64,000 bases of DNA from assembly GCA_963924565.1 (NCBI GenBank), contig OZ004610.1, positions 4,216,001 through 4,280,000 of the forward strand, in the 5' to 3' direction. Every line of letters starts with the position of its first letter. Within the stretch, counting starts at the first letter, position 1. The notes under the pieces are model-generated. The model was not told the DNA's origin, did not search any database, and saw only the letters and a program-made list of their open reading frames with translations. This DNA comes from Ascidiella aspersa (lineage: Eukaryota). Positions 24,670-38,029 of this stretch are shown one piece after another. A program made the position numbers and the translations under genes.

Positions 24670-27600
24670 TTATTGACGGCATTACCTCTTGCAAAAGACC
24701 GGAATTATATCGGCGAAGTATTGGTCGATATACTGATCGAGCAGGAGTAGAGAGTTTGTGATTAATTTTGAAAAGTAACAGAGATAATTTTATGAGAAAC
24801 CGAAATCTTTAAAAGTTTGACCACAAGAAACTAAATAAAAAATGTGTGATGAAGAAACTGGTTAAAGTCAACATTTTTAATTCGAAGGAAAATATGATCA
24901 AGACCAACTAAACTTGAACAACAGCCTATTGAAATTGAATGACCGCCAAAAGCAGTCAAAGTTTGCACAATATTAAAAAAACTAACAAATATATTTTTAA
25001 AGACCACAGTCAGGTTTTAAGTGCATGAGAAACCCAGGGTCTTTGGCGCAGCTTATACAAATTAAGTCAGACTTTGCCTTTCGGAACCAACTGTACGCCA
25101 AAAATGCAGTCTTCAAGGTCGCCATCGATCATAATTAAGCGCGCACGCTTTCGCGGCAGCTAGTCAAATACAGACCCTGGTTTTCGCCCTTTCGTGTGAT
25201 CAAAGCTAGGTTACATTTGCAGAGTGACGGGCGCAAGCAAAACTAGCGGTCACTCGACGGTCAAGGCCCCTGGAAAGTTTGCTCAGTTGGTCACCCGCTG
25301 GTATTTCTTGATAAGAAGCCAAACACCTTGCTCTCAATTCACTACCAGCCGTGCTTTTACACACGGGGCTAGGGGTTGGCGTTCACAAATACTGTACAAA
25401 TTGTACAGTCGCAGCTGTACGGGTTTAATGTGGTTGCTGTACAGTAGAAATAGCCTTGGCTCAATGCTTTTTCCAGCAGCGAAAACTTAGCAAGGTATTT
25501 TATACAGGAGTGTACATGAAAAATACATTTCTATTAACTACCAACTGCATGTGATACATTATGACCTTAACTGTATTCTATTTCAAACAGCAAAAAATAA
25601 AATAGTTTGCACGGCCATTTTAAAGGTATTGAACACGTTGTTATTTTAACTACCAACGGTGTAAGCAGACTATAAATCAGAGGCGGCCTTAGGTGGATTT
25701 TACTTCAAGCTGCGAAGAATAAACCACTTTTTACGACAGTTTTACAGGGAGTAAATTTTAACCCTATGAGAGCATTGAATACCTTGTCCTATTTTACAGC
25801 GAAAAAACTCTATAAATGCACCGAATTGAACACCTTGTTCTAATAAAGCAGACCCAGTGTGAGTAAAACACAGGTGACCTTGTTGAATTCTGTTACCAGC
25901 ATCGAAAAATCAAACAACTTTTACGGGGCATTTCTGGCATTGTTCACTAGTATAAAGCATTCTTCACCTTGTATTTTAGTTGCCAACTGTGTACAGAGGT
26001 GACCTTAGGTGCATTTTATTTCCAGCTGCGAAGAAACAAACATTTTCCACAGCTTTTTCAATTGAGTGTTGCTTACAAAAGTATTGAACATCTTGTTCAA
26101 ACTGTGTGTTCAAACAATGGCGCTCTTGTTTGTTACATTGTTAAAAACTCGTCACCGCACGACACTTCAAACATTGTTGCTTTTAGGTTGGTTTGATCAG
26201 GTGAACGATCATTTTAGTTAACTGAACACGAGAAACAAATTGACTTTAATTTTAGACTGGATGTGAAAATGAATAGCTATCGAGTTATAAGCTCAAATTC
26301 TAATATAAGTGTTTTCTAAGTGTTAAAAAGCTTTTGTTATTTTTTTCCAAAGGCGTTTTAAAGTCTAACGTGACTGTGTAACATTGTGTTATAGCGACAT
26401 CGCATGGTTAAAATTATTGCAACATGATGGCGACTGAAATGCTGTACAAAACATTTTTTTGTCAAGTGATCGAAAAATCTTAGATAAAAACACTTATTTT
26501 ACTACATTTAATTTTATAACATGCTAAAAAGTTCGTTGGAAATCGTTTACTGTTCAAGATTAGTCAAATAGCTAGTTTTATTATATGTTTAAATTATGGA
26601 GAATATTCTCAATTTAAATTGGCTGTGTATTTAAGTTTTTTCAAACTCAAACAGTTAGAAATTCATACTGTATTTAGAAATGTTAAGGTTGTTTGTCATA
26701 AAGTATATGACTCACTGCCTAACCCTTATCTAAATACCAATTGACATTACTTTTACGACCTGCCCCATTAAACGAACACGTAACTGCATTTGTTAAATAT
26801 TTGTGTGACAGTGTTTGTTGGCGAAACAATTCAGGCATTGTTAACATTCGAAAAATGTTTTTACACAAAACTTTGTCGTTATTTGGTAATTAAATAATTG
26901 TAGGAAATCATATTGTTGTAAATATATAAAAAATAGCGCAAAGCAATAATAATCTATTTCAACTAATCTGTTTTAAAACAAAGGCGAAAGTAAAAACTAC
27001 TTCGTTTTATAAAATGGTATTTTTATATTAGGCAAAGTAGCTAAAAATAAGGACAAAACTTCGAAATAATAATGGTATTTCGGCTAATCGCATTAACCGT
27101 TCTATGTGTCATGGGCCCACGCAATCATCGCTTTCCTAATTTTGTCCGTTGGCGTGAAATTCGTAGATGACTTTCCTTTTGTGTTCTGCGGGCAATTAGT
27201 CAAGTCTGTCGCCTTAGCGCAAAGGGATACAATGAAAACATACACAAACAACTCTTATTATACAGTGAGATTACGGACCGACACATACAGTTGCTAATTT
27301 TCGCTCTTTCGCTTCTGGCTATAAGTCTGTATACACCGAAACGCGCAACACAATACGCGGTTTATTTTTGTTTCACGAAAAACCCGCCGAAATGAATCAT
27401 GTTTCCAGAAAAGCGAGAAAAAATGAGATTAAATTTAGCTCCGAATTCCAAGCGGGCGCCTCTAAATAAATATATTGAAAAATTGAAGCAAACAAGTAAA
27501 TGATACTTTTATTGGATTTCGAGGATACCCCAAAGACTCTTTAAATCCTAAAACACGAGTACCACAGACGCTACTATTTCCCTACCACTACCCCCTCCTC

Positions 27601-28079
27601 CTAAGCCCAACCCCAGAGCCACATAGAAAGGTGGGGTATAACTTTAACCGCCAGTTTACGGCGCTATTTATAGAAAGTTCCCGGCGATTTAAGCCATATT
27701 CAGTCCTTTGTTGGCGAATCTATTTTTGGTTTAATCCCAAACCGTGCCGGGTACCCAGCAAACACAAAACGTTTAGACAACTTTCGCAACGTTGTATGTT
27801 GGTGCTACAGAAGTTTTTGACAAAATATTTTCTATCTAAAAGTTGTTGGAAAGGTTTTGACCAACGTTGAGTATATTACGTTGTACAGCGGTCTCAATAT
27901 AACGTGAAGGAAACGTCAACCAACAAACGTAAAAAATATCGTTTTACCAAAGTTATTTACAACGTTTATACAACAGTGTTGGAGAACGTTTGCTTCTACA
28001 ACCTTAAAATAACGTTGCTGATGTCCCCAATGGAACATTTAAACGACGTCTAGCATTCTGGTTTTGCATTTCGTTAAAC

Positions 28080-30830
28080 AAACGTTGTAGAAATACTTAT
28101 ATGACACGTTAACTGTAAAACCCTAAACAGGACACTGCCACAACGTTTATGAAGTACGTTTAAAAAACGTTGGGTATAAAAGGTAAGTTGTAACGCCAAA
28201 CATACGTTGTTAAAATACTTATATGACACGTTAACTGTAAAATCCTAAACGCAACACTGCCACAACGTTTGTAGAGTACGTTTATAAAACGTTGGTCGCA
28301 AAGGGTCAATCATAACGTTAAACCAACGTTGTAAAGTTACTTATATGACACGTTAACTGTAAAACCCTAAATGCAACACTGCCACAACGTTTGTAGAGTA
28401 CGTTTATAAAACGTTGGTCGCAAAGGGTCAATCATAACGTTAAACCAACGTTGTAAAGATACTTATATGACACGTTAACTGTAAAACCCTAAATGCAACA
28501 CTGCTACAACGTTTGTAGAGTACGTTTATAAAACGTTGGTCGCAAAGGGTCAATCATAACGTTAAACCAACGTTGTAAAGTTACTTATATGACACGTTAA
28601 CTGTAAAACCCTAAATGCAACACTGCCACCACGTTTGTAGAGTACGTTTATAAAACGTTGGTCGCAAAGGGTCAATCATAACGTTAAACCAACGTTGTAA
28701 AGTTACTTATATGACACGTTAACTGTAAAACCCTAAATGCAACACTGCCACAACGTTTGTAGAGTACGTTTATAAAACGTTGGTCGCAAAGGGTCAATCA
28801 TAACGTTAAACCAACGTTGTAAAGTTACTTATATGACACTTTAGCTGTAAAACCCTAAATGCAACACTGCCACAACGTTTGTAGAGTACGTTTATAAAAC
28901 GTTGGTCGCAAAGGGTCAATCATAACGTTAAACCAACGTTGTAAAGTTACTTATATGACACGTTAACTCTAAAACCCTAAATGCAACACTGCCACAACGT
29001 TTGTAGAGTACGTTGATAAAACGTTGGTCGCAAAGGGTCAATCATAACGTTAAACCAAGGTTGTAAAGTTACTTATATGACACGTTAACTGTAAAACCCT
29101 AAATGCAACACTGCCACAACGTTTGTAGAGTACGTTTATAAAACGTTGGTCGCAAAGGGTCAATCATAACGTTAAACCAACGTTGTAAAGTTACTTATAT
29201 GACACGTTAACTGTAAAACCCTAAATGCAGCACTGCCACAACGTTTGTAGAGTACGTTTATAAAACGTTGGTCGCAAAGGGTCAATCATAACGTTAAACC
29301 AACGTTGTAAAGTTACTTATATGACACTTTAACTGTAAAACCCTAGATGCAACACTGCCACACCGTTTGTAGAGTACGTTTATAAAACGTTGGTCGCAAA
29401 GGGTCAATCATAACGTTAAACCAACGTTGTAAAGTTACTTATATGACACGTTAACTGTAAAACCCTAAATGCAGCACTGCCACAACGTTTGTAGAGTACG
29501 TTTATAAAACGTTGGTCGCAAAGGGTCAATCATAACGTTAAACCAACGTTGTAAAGTTACTTATATGACACTTTAACTGTAAAACCCTAAATGCAACACT
29601 GCCACAACGTTTGTAGAGTACGTTTATAAAACGTTGGTCGCAAAGGGTTAATCATAACGTTAAACCAACGTTGTAAAGTTACTTATATGACACGTTAACT
29701 GTAAAGCCTTAAATGCAACACTGCCACAACGTTTGTAGAGTACGTTTATAAAACGTTGGTCGCAAAGGGTCAATCATAACGTTAAACCAACGTTGTAAAG
29801 TTACTTATATGACACATTAACTGTAAAACCCTAAATGCAACACTCCCACAACGTTTGTAGAGTACGTTTATAAAACGTTGGTCGCAAAGGGTCAATCATA
29901 ACGTTAAACCAACGTTGTAAAGTTACTTATATGACACTTTAACTGTAAAACCCTAGATGCAACACTGCCACAACGTTTGTAGAGTACGTTTATAAAACGT
30001 TGGTCGCAAAGGGTCAATCATAACGTTAAACCAACGTTGTAAAGTTACTTATATGACACTTTAACTGTAAAACCCTAAATGCAACACTGCCACAACGTTT
30101 GTAGAGTACGTTTATAAAACGTTGGTCGCAAAGGGTTAATCATAACGTTAAACCAACGTTGTAAAGTTACTTATATGACACGTTAACTGTAAAACCCTAA
30201 ATGCAACACTGCCAAAACGTTTGTAAAGTACGTTTATAAAACGTTGGCTCTAATCGGTAAGGTGTAACGCTTAAGATACGTTGTTAAAATGCTTATATGA
30301 CACGTTAAATGTAAAACCCTAAATGCAACACTACCAAAATGTTTGTAAAGTACGTTTAAAAAACGTTGGTTAAGGTAAGGTATAACGTTAAGAATAGCCT
30401 ACATTGTAAGAATACTTATGTAAAACGTTAACTGTGATAACCTGAAAGCAACTCTATCGAAAAGTTTGTAAAGTATGTTTAGAAGACGTTGGCTCTAAAA
30501 GGTAAGGTGTAACGTTAAACCAACGTTGTTAAATAACACTGTCACAACGTTTATAAAGTACGTTTAAAAACGTTGGACAAGGTAAGGTATAACATTAAAC
30601 ATAGCCTACATGGTAAGAATACTTAGCTGTAATAACCTAAAAACAACTCTATCGAAAAGTTTGTAAAGTACGTTTGTAAAACGTTGGTTCCAAAAGGTAA
30701 GTTGTAACGTTAAACAAACATTGCAAAAATACTTATGTGACACATAAACTGTGTGGACCTAAAAGTAACACTGAGCAACGGCAAAGTTTGTAGAATACGT
30801 TTAAAAAAAACGTTGATTCCAAAAGGTAGT
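28080..30830 (+). repeat. Left subterminal tandem array, 122-bp unit, ~22 copies
   Basis: gacacgttaactgtaaaaccctaaatgc... recurs at 28347, 28469, 28591 and onward; homogeneous centre, degenerate edges. Confidence 0.97.
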
Positions 30831-31711
30831 ATATATCGTTCAGTTCACTTTCCTGGTAAAAATAACACAATAAATACAGTATATGGATTTATAAGTTAGT
30901 TTTACCCTGAATACTGGTTAGGCCAAAACATATTAGATTTAGTAACATAAACATTAAATCTGAATTGAAGAAATTTTATAAATTAGAATTTTGCTTTAAT
31001 AAAATTTATTTAGAAAGGAATATGGAATTGGCAATTAATATGAACCACAATTGTTTGGTTTTCAACCTTACAAAAATATTTGTAACGTTGCGCCCTCTAG
31101 CTGTAATATTGCCAAAAACTGGACGATGATGATGAATTCCTTTCTCTTCAGCGCGGCTGTCGCATGGTGAGTAGGATTTTCTCGTTGTTGGTTTATAACT
31201 TATCCGAAATAATCTTATTAATTGAAACATAAATCTTCTTGTAACTGTTTATGTTAATTAATGCATTAAGTTAAAAAAGGTTTAAAATATGTTTTTGTTG
31301 GCTTGAATTTAAACAGTTCTGTTTGCGTTTTAGCTTAGGGTTGGACTTTGCGTTTGGGGTTAAGTGGTATCAGGGACGGTTAATTCAGTTTGCGTTATTC
31401 ACTAGATTTATTAGCGTTAGTCCAGAATCCTACCACATTTTGTTTCGGGATTTATTTTGCTAACATTTTTTGACTTCACAAAAGAAGTCGCAATTTACAT
31501 CTTAGGTCAAAATTTAGCTTTCTAAGCGGGGTAAATAGCTTATTGTGTAAAGTTTGGTAAAACACCAACATCCGTTATTTATTTAAAAGCCTTTTAACAA
31601 GTTTGAAACGATTTAATATGTCTTTTTGTAATATGCAGTTTATTGTATAGTTACACCCAGACTGACACCTGTACTTTTTTTTAAAGGTGTCTGTTATCAA
31701 TATTCGAACAA

Positions 31712-32120
31712 GGCGCTGTTCTAGTATCCTAACACAGCGCACAAAATTTGAATTAGGTTGCGGGTTAGTGTTTAGGTTAGGGTGGGTCAAGTATTATTAT
31801 AAAATATTATAATACTTTACCCACCCTTAAACCGACCCTAACTGACACCCTAGGGCAGTGGTTCTTAACCTTTGGTAACTTGTCGAACACCTATGTTATT
31901 GTGCAAGCGTTCGTAGAACCCCTAATTTTTGCACAGTATTCGTTTCTTCCTTCTAGCAGCTGAAACTGAGTGAATCAAATTATAAACTCGCATTTAGGTT
32001 AAATTGCCCAAACTTACCACAAGGGTTTGATCGAACCTTGGTTAAGAACCACTGACCTAGGGCCTAGTCCAAATATTGTGCATTGCTCTATTAATTGTGG
32101 TAGGATTCTAGAACAGCGGC
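31712..32120. mobile_element. Older MITE-like element hosting the Charlie-like MITE
   Basis: Imperfect TIR CGCTGTTCTAGTATCCTAACACA / TGTGGTAGGATTCTAGAACAGCG; internal TTAGGG-like tracts in inverted arrangement; no clear TSD. Confidence 0.55.
31856..32054. mobile_element. hAT (Charlie-like) MITE
   Basis: TIR CAGTGGTTCTTAACC / GGTTAAGAACCACTG; TSD CCCTAGGG / ACCTAGGG (7 of 8 match). Confidence 0.88.
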
Positions 32121-32217
32121 TTAGAATAATCTTACGCAATGAACATCCATGAATATCTTTAATATTTTTTTTTAGAATTTTGCATAGTTTTGTTGTTTAT
32201 AATTTCTGTAAAATAGC

Positions 32218-33653
32218 ATGGATCGAACTGCCTATAGGCGTCACTGGATGAGAGCAAAAAGATCTCGAAATTCAACCCATTTTTCAAAAAGTGTCCTTTA
32301 CTCAGTATAGTTTTATTTCCCAATAAAAGGCATTGTACTTCTAATGTAGTTGATTCGACAAGTTTAGATTCTAAATTCAATACTTCAAGATGTGCTACAA
32401 CCTTGCTGAATTCCAATACTGAAGCATTAGACAATCAGTCATTTTTATGGTCACCAGAATACAAAACAAGGGAATTATCTGATACTTCCGCATCTTCTGA
32501 TGCAGAGAATAATTACTGTAATGTAACATGTGATTTGATTGACTGGGTTAATAAATTTCAAGTAAAGCAAAATGCGGTAGATTCTCTCTTAAAACTGTTG
32601 TCAAAGCATGGCCTAGAAAAACTGCCACAGACTTGTCGGACCCTGATGACTACACCAAAAGAGATAAATGTTGTGCGTAGGTCTGGAATGGAATACTTTT
32701 ATTTTGGACTAGATTTTCAATTAACAGAAGTGATTTAAGCAGCATGTTGATTTACAATCGAGTTGCCTGAATGTAGTTGAACTGTCTTTAAACATAGATG
32801 GGTTACCTATTTTTAAAACAAGTGTTTCTGGCCAATACTTTGTTCGGTTGTAAATATAGGTAAAGCAACCGTTTTTCCAATTGCTATTGCCTATGGTTCT
32901 TCTAAACCTACTAATCTGGACTTTTTATTGGAAACTATAGATGATTTAAAATTACTCATTACAAATGGTATCACTGTTAATAAGTGTCATATTGGGGTTG
33001 TTTTGCACAGTGTCGTATGTGATGCACCAGCACGCTGTATGGTTAAATGTACGAAAAGTTTTTCTGGTTATTATGGTCACTTTGCACACAAGCTTTTAGT
33101 TAATTTTGTTTCGAAATGTTCTTCAATTTATGGTGATGAATTCTATGTATACAATGTACATAGTTTGACCCACTTGGCAGTGGAAGCCAGGAACTTTAAA
33201 TCTTTGGAAATGTGCAGTGCTTTTAAATTTGAAAATTATATGCAGAAGCTAAAAAAGTTGATTCGTTTAGAAAAGAGTCCACTTATTCAAGTCATAAAAC
33301 GAATAAAAGAAGAAAAAATCTTTACTATTCCTAACGTTTCCAAGTTAAACTGTTTGTCTCAGTTTTATCCTGACAATACATTTATTATAATCACTAGTTC
33401 AAATAACCGATGTGTTGAAATAATCGATATATATAATTCTGATAAAGTTCAAAATTATAAGTGCAGGGTGTATACTAATTTGCAGTCAATCTTCACTTAT
33501 CCGTGTGACTCTTCTGTGATAGGTGCTTACTGTGGTTATTTTTGTAACACCTATATTGAATATTTTCCTTCAGATGTCTTAAAGTGCAAAGCTATTTGTT
33601 TTAAGAACAACAAAAAACTATATTTTTTAGCCATACTTCATGACGAAGCTTAG
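32218..33653 (+). pseudogene. EnSpm/CACTA-type transposase pseudogene
   Basis: Motifs LNIDGLPIFK, FWPILC, VCDAPAR..K, SGYYG, YNVHSLTHL and SAFKFENY..LK; several frameshifts and stops between 32218 and 32930; in-frame jump SGYYG/HFAHKLL at ~33077 implies a large internal deletion. Confidence 0.88.
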
Positions 33654-35432
33654 ATAAACCATTCTATTTTTGTGACAAAAGCATATTGTTCTCAAACTTT
33701 ACACAATGTAGCATGATAATAAATTGCAAAGCCAAAAAGGTTGAGTAGATCGACATCATCAGAGAACTTTGGGTTTGCAAAAATCAACCTTATGATCGGA
33801 ATGTTGCAGAAGATGGCTGTAGACCTCTGATTTCTCATTGGCTCTGTGTTCTTTGACCCTTGTCAATTGCTTCTCTGTCACATTAACTGAAGATGATACA
33901 AGCTTGTATCGAAACGTCTTAATAATCAATAAGATCGCGATCAACTTTACCTTTTTGGCTATGCAATTTATTATCAAGCTACATTACAGATCTGAGCATA
34001 GTGTACCCATTTACACAATGTGTCATGAAACTTTCAATAACTTTATAAAATAATGTTTTACAATTAGATATTCAAGCATACTATGCCTAAATATACACTA
34101 CAGGTTAACTGCCAATATTATAGTAATTAACTTCTTGCGTATAATATTAAAATTTATAATTGTATTTTTATTGTTATGTTATGTTGTTAATGTTAGTCTG
34201 CTGTAAGTTGTGAGGATCACTTGTGTAATCATTCAAGCCCTAATAACAAAACTGTACGTTCCTTAAATATCAGTGCTTGTGTTTTAGTATACCTATAAAT
34301 CAATAACATTATAATTAAACCTTGAATTAATCTTACTCACACTAATGTGCAACCTTTAATCAATACCAGGTAAAATTAACTTGAAAATGGAGCTGCCCTT
34401 TTCGGTTGTAGAGTTTATTGAAGAAGGAAGCGTAGACATTGTGCCATCAACTTGGATTGTGCAAAGAAATGAGCAGGTTTTTTTCTGTTTTAAGTTTTAC
34501 TTAGATAACTGTTAAATCACATACACATTCAAAGGTGAAATGTAGGTAAATTTTTTGGGAGTTGACGGAGATGTTGCATGATTTTGACACCATAAGATTT
34601 GTGTAGAATAATTTATATACTTTTTAGTACAGTTTTACACCTAAATATCTATTTTAGCTAATATTAGCGCATTTTAAATTATGCAAACATTTTAGTTTAA
34701 ATCCTACTGGCCAAACAGCTCTCCTAGGCAAAAAGCAAAACGATTGGAAACACCAGACCCTAATTGGAAGTTGTTCAATGTTCGAATTTTTAAGTTTGCA
34801 GGTAAATTATTAGTTTGTATGTTTGATGTATTATTGATGCCTGACCGTGGTGTGAAAGTTATTATTTCAGCATTTGTTTATTTTAAATATCTGTTTTTAT
34901 ACATGTTGTCAAATAATAATTTTTGCATAATTTTGTTTTGAGTCTTTACCATTATATTTTTCATTGTGATTAGTGGTTTATAAAACTGTGGGTAACTATA
35001 GATTCTCAAGTGTGCATTTTAGACCCTTTCTGTAATTTTTGAAACTAGTCCATTTATTTGAAAAGGGTGTACAAGCATTATCATATTGCTGTGTAACCTC
35101 AGATTTCAATAATATTACTTTTTTCCACAGATAGCTTTGAAAAAGCTCAAAAATTGTGCACTAAGGCTGTAGAGACGTCAAATTTAGAAAGTGATGATGA
35201 AGTCCCAAGTAGGCGTTTAAGAGTACAAAGTCCAATTAGTTTTCTAGAAGGTATTAATAGTTTTGCTTTATGTTTTTGCCTGTGTTGTAACATGAATAAA
35301 ATCTTTTATCAATAACAAATTTGGTTGAAAATGTTTTGATAAACACTTTGAAAATGTTTTGATAAACTCAAAATATGTACATTGTGTTATAGAATTTTAA
35401 GCAGGGCTGGGGAGCCACCATAAAATAGCATT

Positions 35433-35580
35433 GGCTCCGGCTCCAGCTCCGGAGCCATCAGGCACTTGTCCAATAGCTCCAGCTCCGGAGTCGTCAAACT
35501 CATATCCTTTAGCTCCGGCTCCAGCTCCGGAGCCATCAAACACACACCCAATGACTCCGGCTCCAGCTCCGGAGCCACCA
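35433..35580. repeat. hAT left subterminal GGCTCC/AGCTCC repeats
   Basis: Repeated ggctccggctccagctccggagcc blocks. Confidence 0.9.
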
Positions 35581-35951
35581 GTCACTTATCCAATGGATTC
35601 AGATCTATAGGCATACAATTTTGAAAGCTGCTTTCGTCCTGGCTATATTAAATATGTTTTGTAGGATTTTACACAATAAAATACATCAGTTTAGTAGTTT
35701 GCTTTGTATCAATTTCAAATTCTGTTAAAAAAAGAAGCAGTTTACATTAAATTAGGAAAAAATCCTACTCTTGAATGAACTCTTTGTTACTCAATATCAA
35801 AAAATCATGAATCACTAATTCCAACACTAACGAAAATGTAATAAAAAAATTAAACAAGAGCAATGAAAGTTTAAAAACGAATAAAATGTAGGCTTTATAG
35901 TGCTCGTACTGTTAAACATACCGCTAATAATTGTTTCAGTTAAAACAAGGT

Positions 35952-37943
35952 TTATCGCACTAAATTTGATCTCAGAAACAAAATGGCTTCCAGCAAATCC
36001 TCCCTCATTGAAGCTCTAAGGTCAGACCGAATAATACGCAGAGCTGAAAACAACCGTTCCACACTAACTTGAGTAGGAGGAAGAGCAGTTACAGTGTAGG
36101 CAACCTTCTTAACATTTTCTGGATAGTGCTCTATTGCTTGAAGAACACTAAGTTTAGAGGACCGGTCAATCTTTTCCAATTCAATTAATGACTTTTCAAA
36201 GCATGCTTTAAATGCAGCTTCTGGATTTGGTTCTTCTCTTTCATTTGCAAGGCGCTGCCTTTTAGCCTGTTTATCCAGATGCTTTTCAAAATCAAACGAA
36301 TCGTCAGATAGAGAAACTGTTGAGGATGTTTCATGTTCACTCAATGAAGATGTGGCATTTTCACATGTTTCGTTTGTTCTTGAGAATTGATGCATACGAA
36401 AGGCTATATCAACTAATGCACGTTTGCCTCTTAGTGCTTGTTCCCTGTTTAAGGTTATTCTGTACATAGGATCAACATATATCGCCGACAAAAGCACATC
36501 ATTGTTCATAAGTTTTGTCTCCCGGTGTTGCATTGAGGTCCTGATTGCATCAGCTAACTTTCCACCAATTTGGGAAAGCTTAAAAATGAGTGTCTTCCAC
36601 TCTTTGTAGAAAGAGCCTGGTGTTAAATGTGCAGATTGCATTCGTTTTGTTGCAAGGAAAGGGTGTCGTAGCAATTCTTCCAGCTGTTTGATTTCATTCC
36701 ATTGATTTTCTGTTAAAGTGATATTAGGGTGTGCCAGATCCAGTAAACTGTTCTTTAATTCTAATAAACGTTGAATCATGAGATAGGTACTGCCCCACCT
36801 TGTTGCTTGGTCGATAATTGCACCTTTTTTCAATTTCCGTTTTAGAATTGCATCTATCTTGGGTGTCCTGGCTGTTATAGCAATTTGACGAACTTTACTA
36901 ATAAATCTATCCATATATTTGTCCTTAAGGCCATCTCTCACAGCTAACTGCAGTGTGTGAACTGCACAACGCATATGAGCTGTTTTTGAATAATCTGACA
37001 TTCCTGGCAGACACAAAACACTATTCAATACTTCATCTAAATCACTATTATTTTCATCGGCTTCACTTTCTGCTAAAACTCCCCTTATGCTACTGGTTTC
37101 ACCCATCTCAACTTCAGTTAAAACATCCAACTCAAAGCTGTCTTCTTCAATCTCAGCTTCTGTTAAAATATTTGATTCATTGTATTTTTCGATTGAACTT
37201 GCCATGTTTGAAGCGTTATCAGTAACAATGGCTAAAATTTGTTGTTTTGTCAAATTAAATTCTTTGAGAACAGTTTCAAGTGTGTACTGAAGAAAATCAC
37301 TGTTGTGTTGTGCTCGAGTATCGCGAACTGCCAGCGTTTGAATATCTAGCCTGTTGTTGGAATTAACAAACTGCACATTTATTGCAAGATAGTTAACTCT
37401 GTGCCTTGTGCAGCCATCCATCTTAAGAAAGACAAATTTGTCTCTTAGTTCTTCTTTTAATACCTTTTTTGGATCTGCTGCTGCCCTTATAACCATCTTT
37501 CTAATTTCATGCCTTTCCAAAGACACTCCAAGTTTACCTGCCAGTTCTCCATTTAATCCTTTAAAACCTCTTGAAGAAAAGAAAGTTAGTGGAATACTAT
37601 TTTCTACCACCATTTCAATAATATGTTGTTTAAACTTATTCTTCGTCATTGATACAGTAACTTTTTCATTTGAAAAAAAATTATGAATCGTTTCTCTTGA
37701 CATTCCTTTATCTTTTAAGGATTGATTTCCAGACCCTGCACAGCTATTTTCAGAGTCTTGGCCATCCATTTTCTGGTAAACCTCTGGATGATTTCTTTCT
37801 AGATGTCTTTTCAAGTTGAAAGTTTTTCCTACTAATTTGGCACTGCAAATGGTTTCACTCACCTTGACTTGACAAATGAAACATCCTGACATATCACATT
37901 TTAAAAAATATTTAAAGACTGCAGACTTCTTTCTTTTAGCCAT
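35952..37943 (-). CDS. hAT transposase (BED zinc finger, DDE core, dimerisation domain), 663 aa, intact ORF
   Basis: VFKYF..C..C..NLKRHL...H (BED); MDGCT, TDNASNM, CAVHTLQL, TRWGSTYLM, SVERLFS; single uninterrupted ORF. Confidence 0.96.
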   Translation of the reverse strand: MAKRKKSAVFKYFLKCDMSGCFICQVKVSETICSAKLVGKTFNLKRHLERNHPEVYQKMDGQDSENSCAGSGNQSLKDKGMSRETIHNFFSNEKVTVSMTKNKFKQHIIEMVVENSIPLTFFSSRGFKGLNGELAGKLGVSLERHEIRKMVIRAAADPKKVLKEELRDKFVFLKMDGCTRHRVNYLAINVQFVNSNNRLDIQTLAVRDTRAQHNSDFLQYTLETVLKEFNLTKQQILAIVTDNASNMASSIEKYNESNILTEAEIEEDSFELDVLTEVEMGETSSIRGVLAESEADENNSDLDEVLNSVLCLPGMSDYSKTAHMRCAVHTLQLAVRDGLKDKYMDRFISKVRQIAITARTPKIDAILKRKLKKGAIIDQATRWGSTYLMIQRLLELKNSLLDLAHPNITLTENQWNEIKQLEELLRHPFLATKRMQSAHLTPGSFYKEWKTLIFKLSQIGGKLADAIRTSMQHRETKLMNNDVLLSAIYVDPMYRITLNREQALRGKRALVDIAFRMHQFSRTNETCENATSSLSEHETSSTVSLSDDSFDFEKHLDKQAKRQRLANEREEPNPEAAFKACFEKSLIELEKIDRSSKLSVLQAIEHYPENVKKVAYTVTALPPTQVSVERLFSALRIIRSDLRASMREDLLEAILFLRSNLVR

Positions 37944-38029
37944 TTTACATATACGCTACTATGTCTAGATTTCTGAAAAATAAAACGTAAAATTAGCTAC
38001 ACTAGGATAAAACAGATACAGAAATCAAG

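Noticed and set aside
28080-30830. Possible CRISPR array
   Set aside because: Whole 122-bp units repeat with no unique spacers; eukaryotic context and no cas genes.
32928-33653. Intact 241-aa gene
   Set aside because: It is the fused tail of a frameshifted, internally deleted transposase.
35387-35585. ELEPE / GSGAGAG low-complexity ORFs (also 47894-48185)
   Set aside because: They are translations of the hAT subterminal GGCTCC repeats.
36424-37686. Plus-strand ORFs overlapping the hAT transposase
   Set aside because: Antisense shadows of the real minus-strand ORF.
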